54,832 bases of DNA from Patescibacteria group bacterium (GCA_018825335.1 JAHJEW010000052.1:1-54832); one strand, 5' to 3'; positions 41,400 to 50,913 are shown, numbered from the stretch's first letter. A program made the numbers and translations. The notes: generated from the letters alone by a model not told the origin.

Positions 41400-42836
41400 A
41401 TGATGAAATTTAGAAAGATTATTGCTGCGACTTTGCTTTCGGTGTTAAGTCTTACTTTGTTTGGAGGCTGTTTTGCCAAGCAGCAACCGGACGCCAAGAA
41501 TACGGAAGGGCGGATTGAACTTGTCTACTACAAGCTTTTTGACGAGGAGGATACAATACGTCCCCTGATTCAACAGTATCAGACTCAGCACCCGAATGTT
41601 TCGATCACTTATCGTAAGTTTACCGATCCGGTTGAGTACGAGAATCTGATTATTAACGAGTTGGCGGAAGGTGAGGGGCCGGACATTTTTTCGATGCCGA
41701 ATTACTGGTTTCTCCGAAATACAAAGAAGCTTTCGCCGATGCCGGAAGATTTGGCGACTCCGGCTGAGTTTGAAGCCACTTTTGTAAGCGTTGCCAATAA
41801 TGACCTTGTGCTGCGCGATCCGGCGGATGGTAAAATGAGAATTTTTGGTATTCCTCTGACTGTTGATACGCTGGCGCTTTATTACAACAAGGCGACTTTT
41901 GAGGATAAAATCCCTTCGCGCGGTCGTCCATCCACTACCTGGGAAGGGCTGAAAGATGATGTTTATAAAATCACGAAGAAAGATCAAAGTTTTGAGAGGT
42001 TCGAAGTTGCGGGTATTGCAATGGGTCGGTCGGATAATATTGCGCGGGCCGTGGACATTTTGCTGATGCTGATGATTCAATACGGAACGACTTTTTATAA
42101 CGCCAATATTTCCGGCGCGGAATTTTCCAGACAGAGATCCGTTACCGCCACGGGTCAGAGTATTAATCCGGCAACTGAAGCGTTGAGTCTTTATACGAGT
42201 TTTGCTCTTCCAGCCAATAAAAATTATTCATGGAACGCTTTTATTTCCGATCCGAAATCGGCTGAAAAAGAGCTGGATACTTTTGCCCGCGGCAAAGTTG
42301 CAATGATTTTTGGTTATTCTTATCTGTATGAACAAATTCTTGCGAAGATCAAAGATCTGGATTCCAAGGGGGTCAAAACTATGAAGGCTCAGGATGTACG
42401 CGTTGCGTCGGTTCCGCAGGTGATTGATCCGAATGTTTCGATTGAAAAGCGCGATGCTTATGCCTCTTACTATGCGGAGACCGTCAGCCGCACTTCTCAG
42501 TATCCAAAGGAGGCATGGGATTTCCTCTTGTTTATGAGCCGAAAAGATAATCTGGATTTTTACAACAGCAAAACGCATCGGCCAAGCAGTCGCCGAGATA
42601 TGATAGAGGCACAGAAGCTTGACCCGATATACGGTGTTTTTGCCGAGCAGACCGGTTATGCGGAAAGTCTGCCAATTTACGATTATACTAAATATAGTGA
42701 GATTTTCGGCAAGGCCATAGATTCCGTGGTGGCGACAGGATCCGCCGCCGATGCTATCCGCACGGCCGAGGAGGGGGTTAAAGCTTTATTACCGTCGGAA
42801 GGTTTGATCCCTCCGGCGCCGGAACCGACGAAATAG
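41400..42836 (+). CDS. Lipoprotein, family 1 extracellular solute-binding protein (sugar type)
   Basis: The start was moved to the ATG at 41400: MMKFRKIIAATLLSVLSLTLFGGC has a lipobox. The SBP_bac_1-like region includes ELAEGEGPDIF and PLTVDTLALYYNK. Confidence 0.8.
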   Translation: MMKFRKIIAATLLSVLSLTLFGGCFAKQQPDAKNTEGRIELVYYKLFDEEDTIRPLIQQYQTQHPNVSITYRKFTDPVEYENLIINELAEGEGPDIFSMPNYWFLRNTKKLSPMPEDLATPAEFEATFVSVANNDLVLRDPADGKMRIFGIPLTVDTLALYYNKATFEDKIPSRGRPSTTWEGLKDDVYKITKKDQSFERFEVAGIAMGRSDNIARAVDILLMLMIQYGTTFYNANISGAEFSRQRSVTATGQSINPATEALSLYTSFALPANKNYSWNAFISDPKSAEKELDTFARGKVAMIFGYSYLYEQILAKIKDLDSKGVKTMKAQDVRVASVPQVIDPNVSIEKRDAYASYYAETVSRTSQYPKEAWDFLLFMSRKDNLDFYNSKTHRPSSRRDMIEAQKLDPIYGVFAEQTGYAESLPIYDYTKYSEIFGKAIDSVVATGSAADAIRTAEEGVKALLPSEGLIPPAPEPTK

Positions 42837-42845
42837 GTTTATTAC

Positions 42846-44171
42846 ATGGCAAAAGTTATGAACTTTAGTTGTCTGAAGGTAGCTCGCTTTTTTATGAAGT
42901 TTTTTCTGGTGGCGTTTCCTTTTCAGATAAGGGCTCTTGTTTTCAATATGAACTTTTTTCCTACGGGTAATTTTAACGAGTATGCCTCTTTTTTTATTTA
43001 TCTTGGAGATTTGCTTTTGCTTTTTGCATGTTTTTTTTACGGTCTGGCGATTTTGCGCGGTGAAACCAAAAAGGAATTCAGTTTTGGCAGTTGGCAGATA
43101 ACGGTCGCTCTTCTGGCTTTTGCAGCTACCATGCTGCTCAGCGTTTTTTTTGCGGAGTATTGGCAGGTCGCGCTACTTCAGTTTTTACGTTTTGTTTTGC
43201 TGCTGCTTTTGTATTTTTTGCTTATAAACGATTTATTGGAGCGAAAAGAGGTGTTAAGGTTCTTTTTGTACGGGCTTTTGGCGCAGAGTTTGATTGCTTT
43301 CGGGCAATATATTTTCCAGGGTTCTTTGGGTCTGCGTTTTCTTGGAGAGCCTATTTTGAGTAGTGATTTGCCCGGTGTGGCCAAAATAGATTTTGCGGGG
43401 ATGAAGCTTGTTCGGGCGTATGGGACTTTCCCACATCCGAATGTTTTTGGCGGAATTCTGGTCGCGGGAATTTTCTGGCTTTATTATTTATATCGTAAGA
43501 ATTTGCATTTGCTTGGGACAATTGGTGTGATTCTATTGATGGCTCTATTGTTTACTTTTTCCAGAAGCGCTTTTCTTGCTCTCGGAGGAGGTCTTCTGGT
43601 CCTTTTTTCTCTGCATGAAGGCAAAATACGCTGGAAATATTTGTTACTTTTTGGTTGTGTGGCCCTTTTTCTGATTGTACTTTTCAACCTGGAGGGGGTT
43701 TTGATTCAGCGTGTTTTTTTGGGAGATGATCCAAAGTCGGCGCTCGAAAGACTTGAGTATATTACGGCCGGCAAGAAGATGTTTTTTGAACATCCGTTTG
43801 GAGTCGGGATGGGGAATTTTACACTTATAATGCAAAATTATCTTGGTGTTAAGCTTTCCCCGTGGCTTTTACAGCCAGTTCATAATGTTTATATGTTAAT
43901 GTCGAACGAGGCCGGTTTTTTGGGTGTTACCGCTTTGCTGGTATTGCTTGGTGTCACATTTTTCCGCCTATTAAAAGCTTCGCGTTCAGGTGACGAGGAT
44001 GAGCGTATTTTTACGGCCGTTTCGATTACGATTCTGCTTATTTTGGCTCTGATTTCTTTGTTCGACCATTATTTGCTTACTCTATACGGAGGGCAGGTGT
44101 TTTTCGTAATTTACTTGGCACTGGTCAGTGCTTCCTTAAATAAATCTTTATTGCCGCGGAGGAAATCCTGA
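42846..44171 (+). CDS. O-antigen ligase (Wzy_C) family polytopic membrane protein
   Basis: 441 aa with at least 10 TM helices. It has the characteristic FTFSRSAFLALGGG segment and an extracytoplasmic loop with HNVYM. Confidence 0.8.
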   Translation: MAKVMNFSCLKVARFFMKFFLVAFPFQIRALVFNMNFFPTGNFNEYASFFIYLGDLLLLFACFFYGLAILRGETKKEFSFGSWQITVALLAFAATMLLSVFFAEYWQVALLQFLRFVLLLLLYFLLINDLLERKEVLRFFLYGLLAQSLIAFGQYIFQGSLGLRFLGEPILSSDLPGVAKIDFAGMKLVRAYGTFPHPNVFGGILVAGIFWLYYLYRKNLHLLGTIGVILLMALLFTFSRSAFLALGGGLLVLFSLHEGKIRWKYLLLFGCVALFLIVLFNLEGVLIQRVFLGDDPKSALERLEYITAGKKMFFEHPFGVGMGNFTLIMQNYLGVKLSPWLLQPVHNVYMLMSNEAGFLGVTALLVLLGVTFFRLLKASRSGDEDERIFTAVSITILLILALISLFDHYLLTLYGGQVFFVIYLALVSASLNKSLLPRRKS

Positions 44172-45079
44172 ATGGGCATGGCTTTTTTGCCTTCAAGCTG
44201 CACTTTGGTTAGGATGATTGCGCCTGATTTTGTGCCGATGGCAATTTGTCCCGAAGCAGGTTCGCTTATTTGTCCGGGTCGGAGGGATTTTGTATTGGTG
44301 GAATTATTGTCGGTTTTGATTTCAATGAGTTTGAGTTTCTTGTTCCCGATAATAAGGAAACAGCCCGGCCATGAAGTAAAAGCTCTTATGCAATTGCTTA
44401 TTTCATTTGCGGTCATTTTGACCGGATCAATAAAACCGTCGGCTTTGATGATTTTGTGGCAACGGGTGGATTTGCTTTCGTCCTGCGGAATCGGGGTTAT
44501 TACTTCATCGACATAATCCTGTAAAACAGCCGGAAGCAGTGTGGAAGCAAGGACGCTCAATTTTACGCGAAGCGTCAACGAAGTGTCGGCCGGGTCGATT
44601 GGAAGGCGCTGTATATGCAGAACCGGGCCGGCATCCATTTCTCCGGTCATTTTAATGAAAGTCAGACCGGTTTCTTTGTCCCCGCGGCGCAAAGCTTCTT
44701 CAATCGGAGAAGCTCCCCTATATTTTGGCAACAGTGAGCCGTGAATGTTGATACAGCAATATTTGGGAATTTTCAGAATCGTTTCAGGCAATATTCGCCC
44801 AAAGGCTACAACGACGATAAAATCCGGCCTTAAATCCTGAAGCAGTTTAACGATTTTAGCATTGTTTTTAAGCCCGGGTGGCTGCAAAACCGGAATCTGA
44901 TTTTCGAGGGCCAGAATTTTTACGGGAGGGGGAGTGACTATCTGTTTGCGACCTACTTTCTTGTCTTCCTGCGTAATTACGGCGGAAACTTCAATGTTTT
45001 CGGCTGAAATCAAAGCCTGAAGGGGCGGAACCGCAAAATCCGGGGTGCCCATAAATACAACTTTGATTTTTTCCGGCAT
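44111..45079 (-). CDS. fmt: Methionyl-tRNA formyltransferase
   Basis: 322 aa. Motifs: VVFMGTPDFAVPPLQAL, INIHGSLLPKYRGASPI. There is a 61-nt convergent overlap with 42846..44171. Confidence 0.95.
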   Translation of the reverse strand: MPEKIKVVFMGTPDFAVPPLQALISAENIEVSAVITQEDKKVGRKQIVTPPPVKILALENQIPVLQPPGLKNNAKIVKLLQDLRPDFIVVVAFGRILPETILKIPKYCCINIHGSLLPKYRGASPIEEALRRGDKETGLTFIKMTGEMDAGPVLHIQRLPIDPADTSLTLRVKLSVLASTLLPAVLQDYVDEVITPIPQDESKSTRCHKIIKADGFIDPVKMTANEISNCIRAFTSWPGCFLIIGNKKLKLIEIKTDNNSTNTKSLRPGQISEPASGQIAIGTKSGAIILTKVQLEGKKAMPIQDFLRGNKDLFKEALTSAK

Positions 45080-45127
45080 AGGATGATGCTATTTGGGCCA
45101 ATTATAACAATATTCGCATAATAATGC

Positions 45128-45156
45128 TTGCAAAAATAAAGGTGATTGTTTAGAAT
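45128..45156 (+). promoter_or_regulatory. Sigma-70-type promoter upstream of the DHH phosphoesterase gene
   Basis: TTGCAA (45128..45133), a 17-nt spacer, then TAGAAT (45151..45156), 25 nt before the ATG. Confidence 0.45.
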
Positions 45157-45180
45157 CCCATTCTTAAATTAGCTCAAATT

Positions 45181-46176
45181 ATGGAAGAAAAATTTATTGA
45201 GGCAAAAAGGCTTATTGATAAGGCACAAAGGATATTATTGATTTCCCACAAGAGTCCGGACGGGGATACCCTTGGGGCTACATGCGCGCTGAATATTGTG
45301 CTTAGAAATATGGGCAAAGATACAACTATGGCTTGCGCAGACGAGCCGTCAGAAAGGTTTTTGTTTTTGCCACATATTCGCAGGATGGTGAGGGATTTCG
45401 ATTTTCGCGAATATGATTTGTTGATAGTTTCGGATGCGGGGGCATCCTATATGACGAAATATCATGAGAAATATCCGGACATATTTGACGGTGACGTTCC
45501 TGTTATAAATATTGATCATCATGCCTCAAATGACAATTTTGGGAATTGCAATATTGTGGATATAGCGGCTGCTTCCACTACGGTAATTTTGTACAGATTT
45601 TTCGCTTTTCACGATGTCAGAGTAGGGCCCGACACAGCTACTGCGCTTCTGGCAGGGATTTATAATGATACCGGCAGTCTAATGCACTCCAATACTTCTC
45701 TGGAGGTTTTTGAAATTTGCGCGCAGCTTACTTCGTGCGGCGGCAAGGTTACGCAGATTACAAAGAATATGTTCAGAGCAACGCCTGTTTCCACCTTGAA
45801 GCTTTGGGGACGGGTGCTTTCGAATGCGAGGATAAACGATGAAGGTGTTACGGTTTCGGTTGTTACCTGGAAAGATTTTGAAGATTGCAATGCCGGTTCT
45901 GAAGAAGTTTCCGGTGTGGTGGATTTGTTGAATTCAGTGCCTGGATCCAAATATACATGTCTATTGAATGAAGACCGGAACGGAAAGGTAAAGGGCTCTT
46001 TCCGTACACAGCGGGATGATGTTGATGTGGCGGAACTGGCTGCGCAATTTGGTGGCGGCGGGCATAAGAAGGCCGCTGGATTCACCATGCCCGGCAGGAT
46101 TCATCAGGAATTGCACTGGAAAATTGTTCCGGCGCAAGAGCTACCTGATAATACTGCGCTTCCGAAATTGGGGTAA
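45181..46176 (+). CDS. DHH/DHHA1 phosphoesterase (NrnA-like oligoribonuclease / pAp phosphatase)
   Basis: 331 aa. Motifs: HKSPDGDTLG, DAG, NIDHHASN and the DHHA1 motif GGGGHKKAAGF. Confidence 0.85.
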   Translation: MEEKFIEAKRLIDKAQRILLISHKSPDGDTLGATCALNIVLRNMGKDTTMACADEPSERFLFLPHIRRMVRDFDFREYDLLIVSDAGASYMTKYHEKYPDIFDGDVPVINIDHHASNDNFGNCNIVDIAAASTTVILYRFFAFHDVRVGPDTATALLAGIYNDTGSLMHSNTSLEVFEICAQLTSCGGKVTQITKNMFRATPVSTLKLWGRVLSNARINDEGVTVSVVTWKDFEDCNAGSEEVSGVVDLLNSVPGSKYTCLLNEDRNGKVKGSFRTQRDDVDVAELAAQFGGGGHKKAAGFTMPGRIHQELHWKIVPAQELPDNTALPKLG

Positions 46177-46209
46177 TTTGCTATAATGGCATGGCCTTAA
46201 TTCAAGAAC

Positions 46210-47160
46210 ATGTTTTTTCGCCGTGTTTTGGCAGCCATAATGATATTTGTTTTTGTTTCCGTTTCCACGGTGGCGTTCCTGATTTTTGCTGTCGGAAACA
46301 CGTTTTTTCGGGCATCGTTTTACGAGAAGGATATAAAAGAGGCGGGTTATGAGTTTCTTGTCGATGCGGCGGTAGCGAGTATTTCGCAGCAGGATACATT
46401 GATCTCAAAGTATTTTATTAAGGAGGAATTAAAGGACGAGGTGGAAAAGGTTTTTCCGATCTCTTTGTTTGAGAAATCGCTTAATGAGCTTGTGCAGGAG
46501 GTGCAGAGTTTAAAAGATGATCCTAATCGTCCTTTAACTTTCAGGCTGGGGATGTTCAGGGAAAGTTTGTTGACGCTGGCAAATAATCTTTCTTATAAGA
46601 TATTTGAGAGTCTGCCTTTCTGTGCGCCGGATGAAGTACCGAATGAAACGGTGGACGGCCTGCCGTCCTGTGTGCCGCAAGGCTTTGCATATAACGATGT
46701 TTCCGGAGAACTTTCGGCGCAGTTTGAAGAAGATGTTTATTCGGCGGTGCCGGAGCAGGTGCAGTTTGACGTAAATTCGGCGCTTGGCGCGGATGGTCCG
46801 GCAATATCTCAAATATTTACCATGGTGGATACGGTGAAGATGGTTTTTTATGTAATTTTACTGGTACTTCTGGGGCTTATTGCTTTAGTTATTTACAGGC
46901 CTTTTTCCGCGATTTTGATGGCCGAGGGAATTGCTTTTTCGCTGAGCGGAGCGGTTGCTTTGATTGTTGGATACGTGGTTGGATTTATGCCGGCTTTGTT
47001 TAATGCGGGAATGAAGGATAATTATCTGAAGGATGTTATTTATACTTTCATGGTGCAGGTTGCGGGAATTTTTGGTGGAGAAGTGCAGAGGGGCGGAATG
47101 GTGTTTTTGGCGACGGGTATTATTCTTCTTGCGGTACGTTTTTTTCTCAGGAGGCGATAA
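46210..47160 (+). CDS. Hypothetical membrane protein
   Basis: 316 aa. It has an N-terminal TM helix, an extracytoplasmic region of about 180 aa, and three or more C-terminal TM helices. The stop abuts the UDG start. Confidence 0.65.
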   Translation: MFFRRVLAAIMIFVFVSVSTVAFLIFAVGNTFFRASFYEKDIKEAGYEFLVDAAVASISQQDTLISKYFIKEELKDEVEKVFPISLFEKSLNELVQEVQSLKDDPNRPLTFRLGMFRESLLTLANNLSYKIFESLPFCAPDEVPNETVDGLPSCVPQGFAYNDVSGELSAQFEEDVYSAVPEQVQFDVNSALGADGPAISQIFTMVDTVKMVFYVILLVLLGLIALVIYRPFSAILMAEGIAFSLSGAVALIVGYVVGFMPALFNAGMKDNYLKDVIYTFMVQVAGIFGGEVQRGGMVFLATGIILLAVRFFLRRR

Positions 47161-47739
47161 ATGGAGAACGATTTGCAAATGATTCGGGAGAAAATAAACA
47201 AATGTCGGCTTTGCCGGCTTTACCAAGGTGCGCATAGCGCAGTGCCCGGGGAGGGGAGTGCCGTGGCTCAGGTTATGTTTATTGGTGAAGCCCCCGGGAA
47301 GGATGAAGATCTTCAGGGTAAGCCGTTCGTGGGGGCGGCCGGCAAGTTTTTGTCCGCCATGCTGGAGGGGATCGGCATGAAACGGGAGGACGTTTTTATT
47401 ACCAATATTGTCAAGCACCGGCCGCCCGATAACCGCGATCCTCTTGAGGATGAAGTGGAGACGTGTTTTCCTTATCTGGATGCGCAAATCAATGCCATCA
47501 AGCCCAAATTGATAGTTACTCTGGGCAGACATGCAATGCATCGCTTTCTGCCTGATTTAAAAATATCGGAGGTTCATGGCCAGGCCAAGCGAGTTAAGTC
47601 GATTTTCAGCCAAAAACAGGTTATTTTGCCTCTTTATCATCCGGCCTCGGCGCTTTATAATCCTTCCATGAGATCGACTTTAATTCATGACATGAAGAAA
47701 ATTCCCATCTTATTAAAAAAGATCAATGACGCATCATAA
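47161..47739 (+). CDS. Family 4 uracil-DNA glycosylase
   Basis: 192 aa. It has the Fe-S Cys pattern CRLCRL, GEAPGKDED, GKPFVGAAGKFL and the HP motif near the C-terminus (LYHPA). Confidence 0.9.
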   Translation: MENDLQMIREKINKCRLCRLYQGAHSAVPGEGSAVAQVMFIGEAPGKDEDLQGKPFVGAAGKFLSAMLEGIGMKREDVFITNIVKHRPPDNRDPLEDEVETCFPYLDAQINAIKPKLIVTLGRHAMHRFLPDLKISEVHGQAKRVKSIFSQKQVILPLYHPASALYNPSMRSTLIHDMKKIPILLKKINDAS

Positions 47740-48106
47740 ATATTTGTCCATAATCGGCGTTGCAGGCGTAGTCAGTTGGATTGCATGGATTGTGGTGCTG
47801 AATAAGTTGGATCCCACACAGTCACCGGTTTTGGCATTGGGGCTTTTCTACCTGAGTCTGTTTTTCGCACTTACATGCACTTTTACGGTTTTGGGGTTTT
47901 ATTTTCGTGTGTGGCTGAATAAAAACGAGATTTACTACAATCATATTCATACGGCTTTCAGGCAGGGAATTTTGTTAACGGTAATAGCTCTCGGATGTCT
48001 GACTTTTCTGCTTCTTGGCGTTTTAACGTGGTGGTCCGGCATTATGCTTATAGGGGTTGTTACTTTGGTGGAGTTTTATTTTACGGCCCGGGAACCGGGG
48101 ATTTGA
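47726..48106 (+). CDS. Hypothetical four-TM membrane protein
   Basis: 126 aa, strongly hydrophobic. The start overlaps the UDG stop by 14 nt. Confidence 0.6.
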   Translation: MTHHKYLSIIGVAGVVSWIAWIVVLNKLDPTQSPVLALGLFYLSLFFALTCTFTVLGFYFRVWLNKNEIYYNHIHTAFRQGILLTVIALGCLTFLLLGVLTWWSGIMLIGVVTLVEFYFTAREPGI

Positions 48107-48125
48107 AAACCACCTTTAAGGTGAA

Positions 48126-48167
48126 TTATAAAAAAGCGCCCTCTTCAGTCCTTAAAGAGGGCGCTTT
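48126..48167. terminator. Bidirectional hairpin terminator between convergent genes
   Basis: AAAGCGCCCTCTT (48133..48145) pairs with AAGAGGGCGCTTT (48155..48167), a 13-bp stem. The flanks are an A-run on the left and TTT on the right. Confidence 0.65.
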
Positions 48168-48191
48168 GCCCAATATCTATATGATTTTTGT

Positions 48192-49412
48192 TTAGTTGCC
48201 GCTTTTTGCTCTTTCTTCATTCGCTTTTATGGCTGCAAGTCTGCTCAGCATTGCCTTTCTTGCCTTTCTTGCTTCTTCGATATCGCGTTTGTTTTGTGCT
48301 ATTGCATCGGTATTTTCATCAACCTTCACATCTATTTCGATTACTTTTGCTTCCACGTTGGTTGTCCGTGTTTCAAGGGCTGCCACTCTGCTGGATAGTT
48401 CAGTGTTCTGCGGTACCTTATCTAGAGGTGTTGTTGGTTGTTTAGGTGCGGGAGTTTGTCCGGGAGTGGTTCCTCCAGGAGTCTTTGTGGTTGTTTTTCC
48501 CTGAGCGACAGGTGCCGGCCTTGAAGCTGCTTTGCCGAAAGCTACAGGGAATGCGTTGTAGATTTCCGCTTTTTCACTTGCAACTTTTGCAGTGTCACGT
48601 CCAAATGTGCTAATTACGTTAAGATTATTTTGCCAGTCGCTGTTTAATCCGACTTGTTGATTTTTATTGTCGGTTTTAACACGTAGAGTAACTTTCTTTT
48701 CAGTAGATTTTCCATCTTTATCTTTTTCTGTCATTGGAGCCGTGATGGTTACTTCAACGATTCCGTTGGCATCTTCCGTACAAGCAGAAGATTCTACGTT
48801 CTTAGATGTGTTATTGTATTTTTCATCGCAGGATTTTTCTAATACTGTCCACATGGTTCCGTTGTCGTCGCATGGTAGTGATACACGATTTTTATTATCA
48901 GGATCGATTACTACAAGCACGCTTGTACCTATTACTTTTTGTAGAGCCTGACATGCTTTTACTGCATCTTTGCTGTTGTTGTACTGATAATAAAAGGTCT
49001 CAGGTACAACAGGTGTCATTGTGTCCGGTGCCTCAGGAGCTGGTGCCGGTTCTGCTGTTGGCGCAGGTTCTGTGGATGGGTCCGCTGTAGGAGCAGGTGC
49101 AACAGGTTCTGAGGATGCGCTTGCCGAAGCGGATGGTTCTGAGGTTGGAGCGGCTGTTGGGGCTGCCGTAGGTGCGGCGGTACCCTTTGTTGTAGCTGCA
49201 GGCTGTCCCTGAAGAGGCCTGTTTACGGCTTCCGTTGGTACAGGTTTGATGTCTTGTGCGGGAGCATCGTTTTTGCAACCTGCGGCGGATGCCGCGAGTG
49301 CGGCGATTAATGACGCGGTGCCCAGAGCGCGTCCGGTTTTGGATCTTTCGGCTTTTGTAGCCGTTGCCGGTTTGGAAATGGGCATTTCCATACCATTATT
49401 TGGATACATCAT
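48192..49412 (-). CDS. Lipoprotein with Ala/Pro/Thr-rich linkers and Lpp-like C-terminal coiled coil
   Basis: 406 aa. It has the lipobox LAASAAGC, the low-complexity run PTAAPTAAPTSEPSASASASSEPVAPAPTADPSTEPAPTAEPAPAPEAPD, and a globular Cys-containing middle. The C-terminal heptad region reads LSSRVAALETRTTNVEAKVIEIDVKVDENTDAIAQNKRDIEEARKARKAMLSRLAAIKANEE. Confidence 0.75.
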   Translation of the reverse strand: MMYPNNGMEMPISKPATATKAERSKTGRALGTASLIAALAASAAGCKNDAPAQDIKPVPTEAVNRPLQGQPAATTKGTAAPTAAPTAAPTSEPSASASASSEPVAPAPTADPSTEPAPTAEPAPAPEAPDTMTPVVPETFYYQYNNSKDAVKACQALQKVIGTSVLVVIDPDNKNRVSLPCDDNGTMWTVLEKSCDEKYNNTSKNVESSACTEDANGIVEVTITAPMTEKDKDGKSTEKKVTLRVKTDNKNQQVGLNSDWQNNLNVISTFGRDTAKVASEKAEIYNAFPVAFGKAASRPAPVAQGKTTTKTPGGTTPGQTPAPKQPTTPLDKVPQNTELSSRVAALETRTTNVEAKVIEIDVKVDENTDAIAQNKRDIEEARKARKAMLSRLAAIKANEERAKSGN

Positions 49413-49573
49413 ATAGATATATGGGTTAAAATTTGTATATGAGGGAGTGATACTATAAACTATCTACGGGTTTGTCAAGTATATTTTTTACTTTTTTTTA
49501 ATATCCTTGTCAAATAGTATGCACAAACTATCAAAAAGTGTAATGCACAGGCCAATTATCCATTACAGGAAGT

Positions 49574-50248
49574 TTATTGGTTGTAGGTCGGATTTGAAAC
49601 TATTGCCAGCTTATTTAGAGGCCAAAGCACAAAAAGAGCTTTACCCTCTATGTGATTCATTGGCAGGTATGGACTGTTGCCGTTTTCACCGCAATTACCC
49701 TGGGAAACGTTTTCTCTAAAGCAGCTGCGTGAATCCGAGCTGCCAAGTCTGTTGTCTCCAAGCACAAAAAAGCTGTTTTCCGGCACTTCAAAGACATCGC
49801 CGGCTTCCCGCGGTCTGGTGTTATCCTTGTTTTTGCTGTTTAAATAGTCTTCTTCCAATTGAACGCCTTGCGGATATTCATCGTTAAAAATAAAAATTTT
49901 GTTATCTTTGATTTTTACGGTTTCTTCCGGCAGGCCTATTACTCTTTTAATAAAAAATTCACGGTTGTTACCCGGCGGGTGGAAAATGACAACATCTCCT
50001 CTTTGAGGCAGCCCAACCTGCCATCCGAAAAAATTCTGATAGCCGAACTTGTTAACGATTATGTACTCGCCATAGCCGTTTTGGCATTTGTTGTCTATGA
50101 AATTAAAGGAATCGCACATGGAAGATCCGTAAACCTGAAAAGGAGATACAATGAAAGTTCTTATAAGGAAGACAAGTCCAACTATAATTATAAGGTTCAG
50201 GCCTATATCAAGCCAGAAAGAAAGCTTATTATTGATCTTTAATTTCAT
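49574..50248 (-). CDS. lepB: Signal peptidase I
   Basis: Motifs: the catalytic Ser box GSSM, GDVVIF, KRVIGLPEE and GDNRLGSSDSR. The track start (50257) is a TTG. The ATG at 50248 (MKLKINNK) is preferred. Confidence 0.9.
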   Translation of the reverse strand: MKLKINNKLSFWLDIGLNLIIIVGLVFLIRTFIVSPFQVYGSSMCDSFNFIDNKCQNGYGEYIIVNKFGYQNFFGWQVGLPQRGDVVIFHPPGNNREFFIKRVIGLPEETVKIKDNKIFIFNDEYPQGVQLEEDYLNSKNKDNTRPREAGDVFEVPENSFFVLGDNRLGSSDSRSCFRENVSQGNCGENGNSPYLPMNHIEGKALFVLWPLNKLAIVSNPTYNQ

Positions 50249-50329
50249 GGGAGACAAAAGGTTGCGGGTGGGATTTTACCTCTTATTGCCTTTCTTTACA
50301 AGGGCCGGGCTTTATAGTACTATTTTTCT

Positions 50330-50908
50330 ATGATCATTGCGGAATATTTGTTTCAGCGTTATCTGGAGCCTGGCGAAAAGGTGGTTGCTGTTGTGCACAG
50401 GCATCCTTTTGTTTTGGCGAGAGCGGTTTTACCTTTGGCTGCATTGGGATTGGCTTTACCGTTTTTTTTATGGATGCTGTTTCCCGAATATATTTTTATT
50501 TTTGTAATATGGGGATCGATTACTGCCGTACGAATTTTCCGGGAGTTTATGATCTGGTATCACGATGCTTTTTTGATAACAGATGTGAGTATAATCGATG
50601 TTTACTGGCATGGTTTTTTTGACCGGTCTTCCGCGCGTCTGGAGTATCCAATGATGGAAGGTGTAAATTTGGAAATCCGCGGGTTAAGACGTGTCATTTT
50701 TAATTATGGAACCGTGTCGGTGCAACGTGGCGGAGGAACAAATCCGCTGGTATTAAGAGATGCCATGAATCCGCGTAAGGCAGAGAGGAAAATTATGAGT
50801 ACCGTTGAGGAGTTTATGAAAAACAGAAGTATGAGGCAGTCGGAAACTTTAAAAGAGCTTATTACGGAAATGGTTCATCATAATTATAGGGAAAATGCTA
50901 AAAAATAG
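50330..50908 (+). CDS. Membrane protein with YdbS/YdbT-like bacterial PH domain (tentative)
   Basis: 192 aa. YLEPGEKVVAVVHRHPF is followed by two TM helices, then a domain of about 90 aa. This layout is typical of bPH_2 proteins. Confidence 0.6.
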   Translation: MIIAEYLFQRYLEPGEKVVAVVHRHPFVLARAVLPLAALGLALPFFLWMLFPEYIFIFVIWGSITAVRIFREFMIWYHDAFLITDVSIIDVYWHGFFDRSSARLEYPMMEGVNLEIRGLRRVIFNYGTVSVQRGGGTNPLVLRDAMNPRKAERKIMSTVEEFMKNRSMRQSETLKELITEMVHHNYRENAKK

Positions 50909-50913
50909 TTTTT

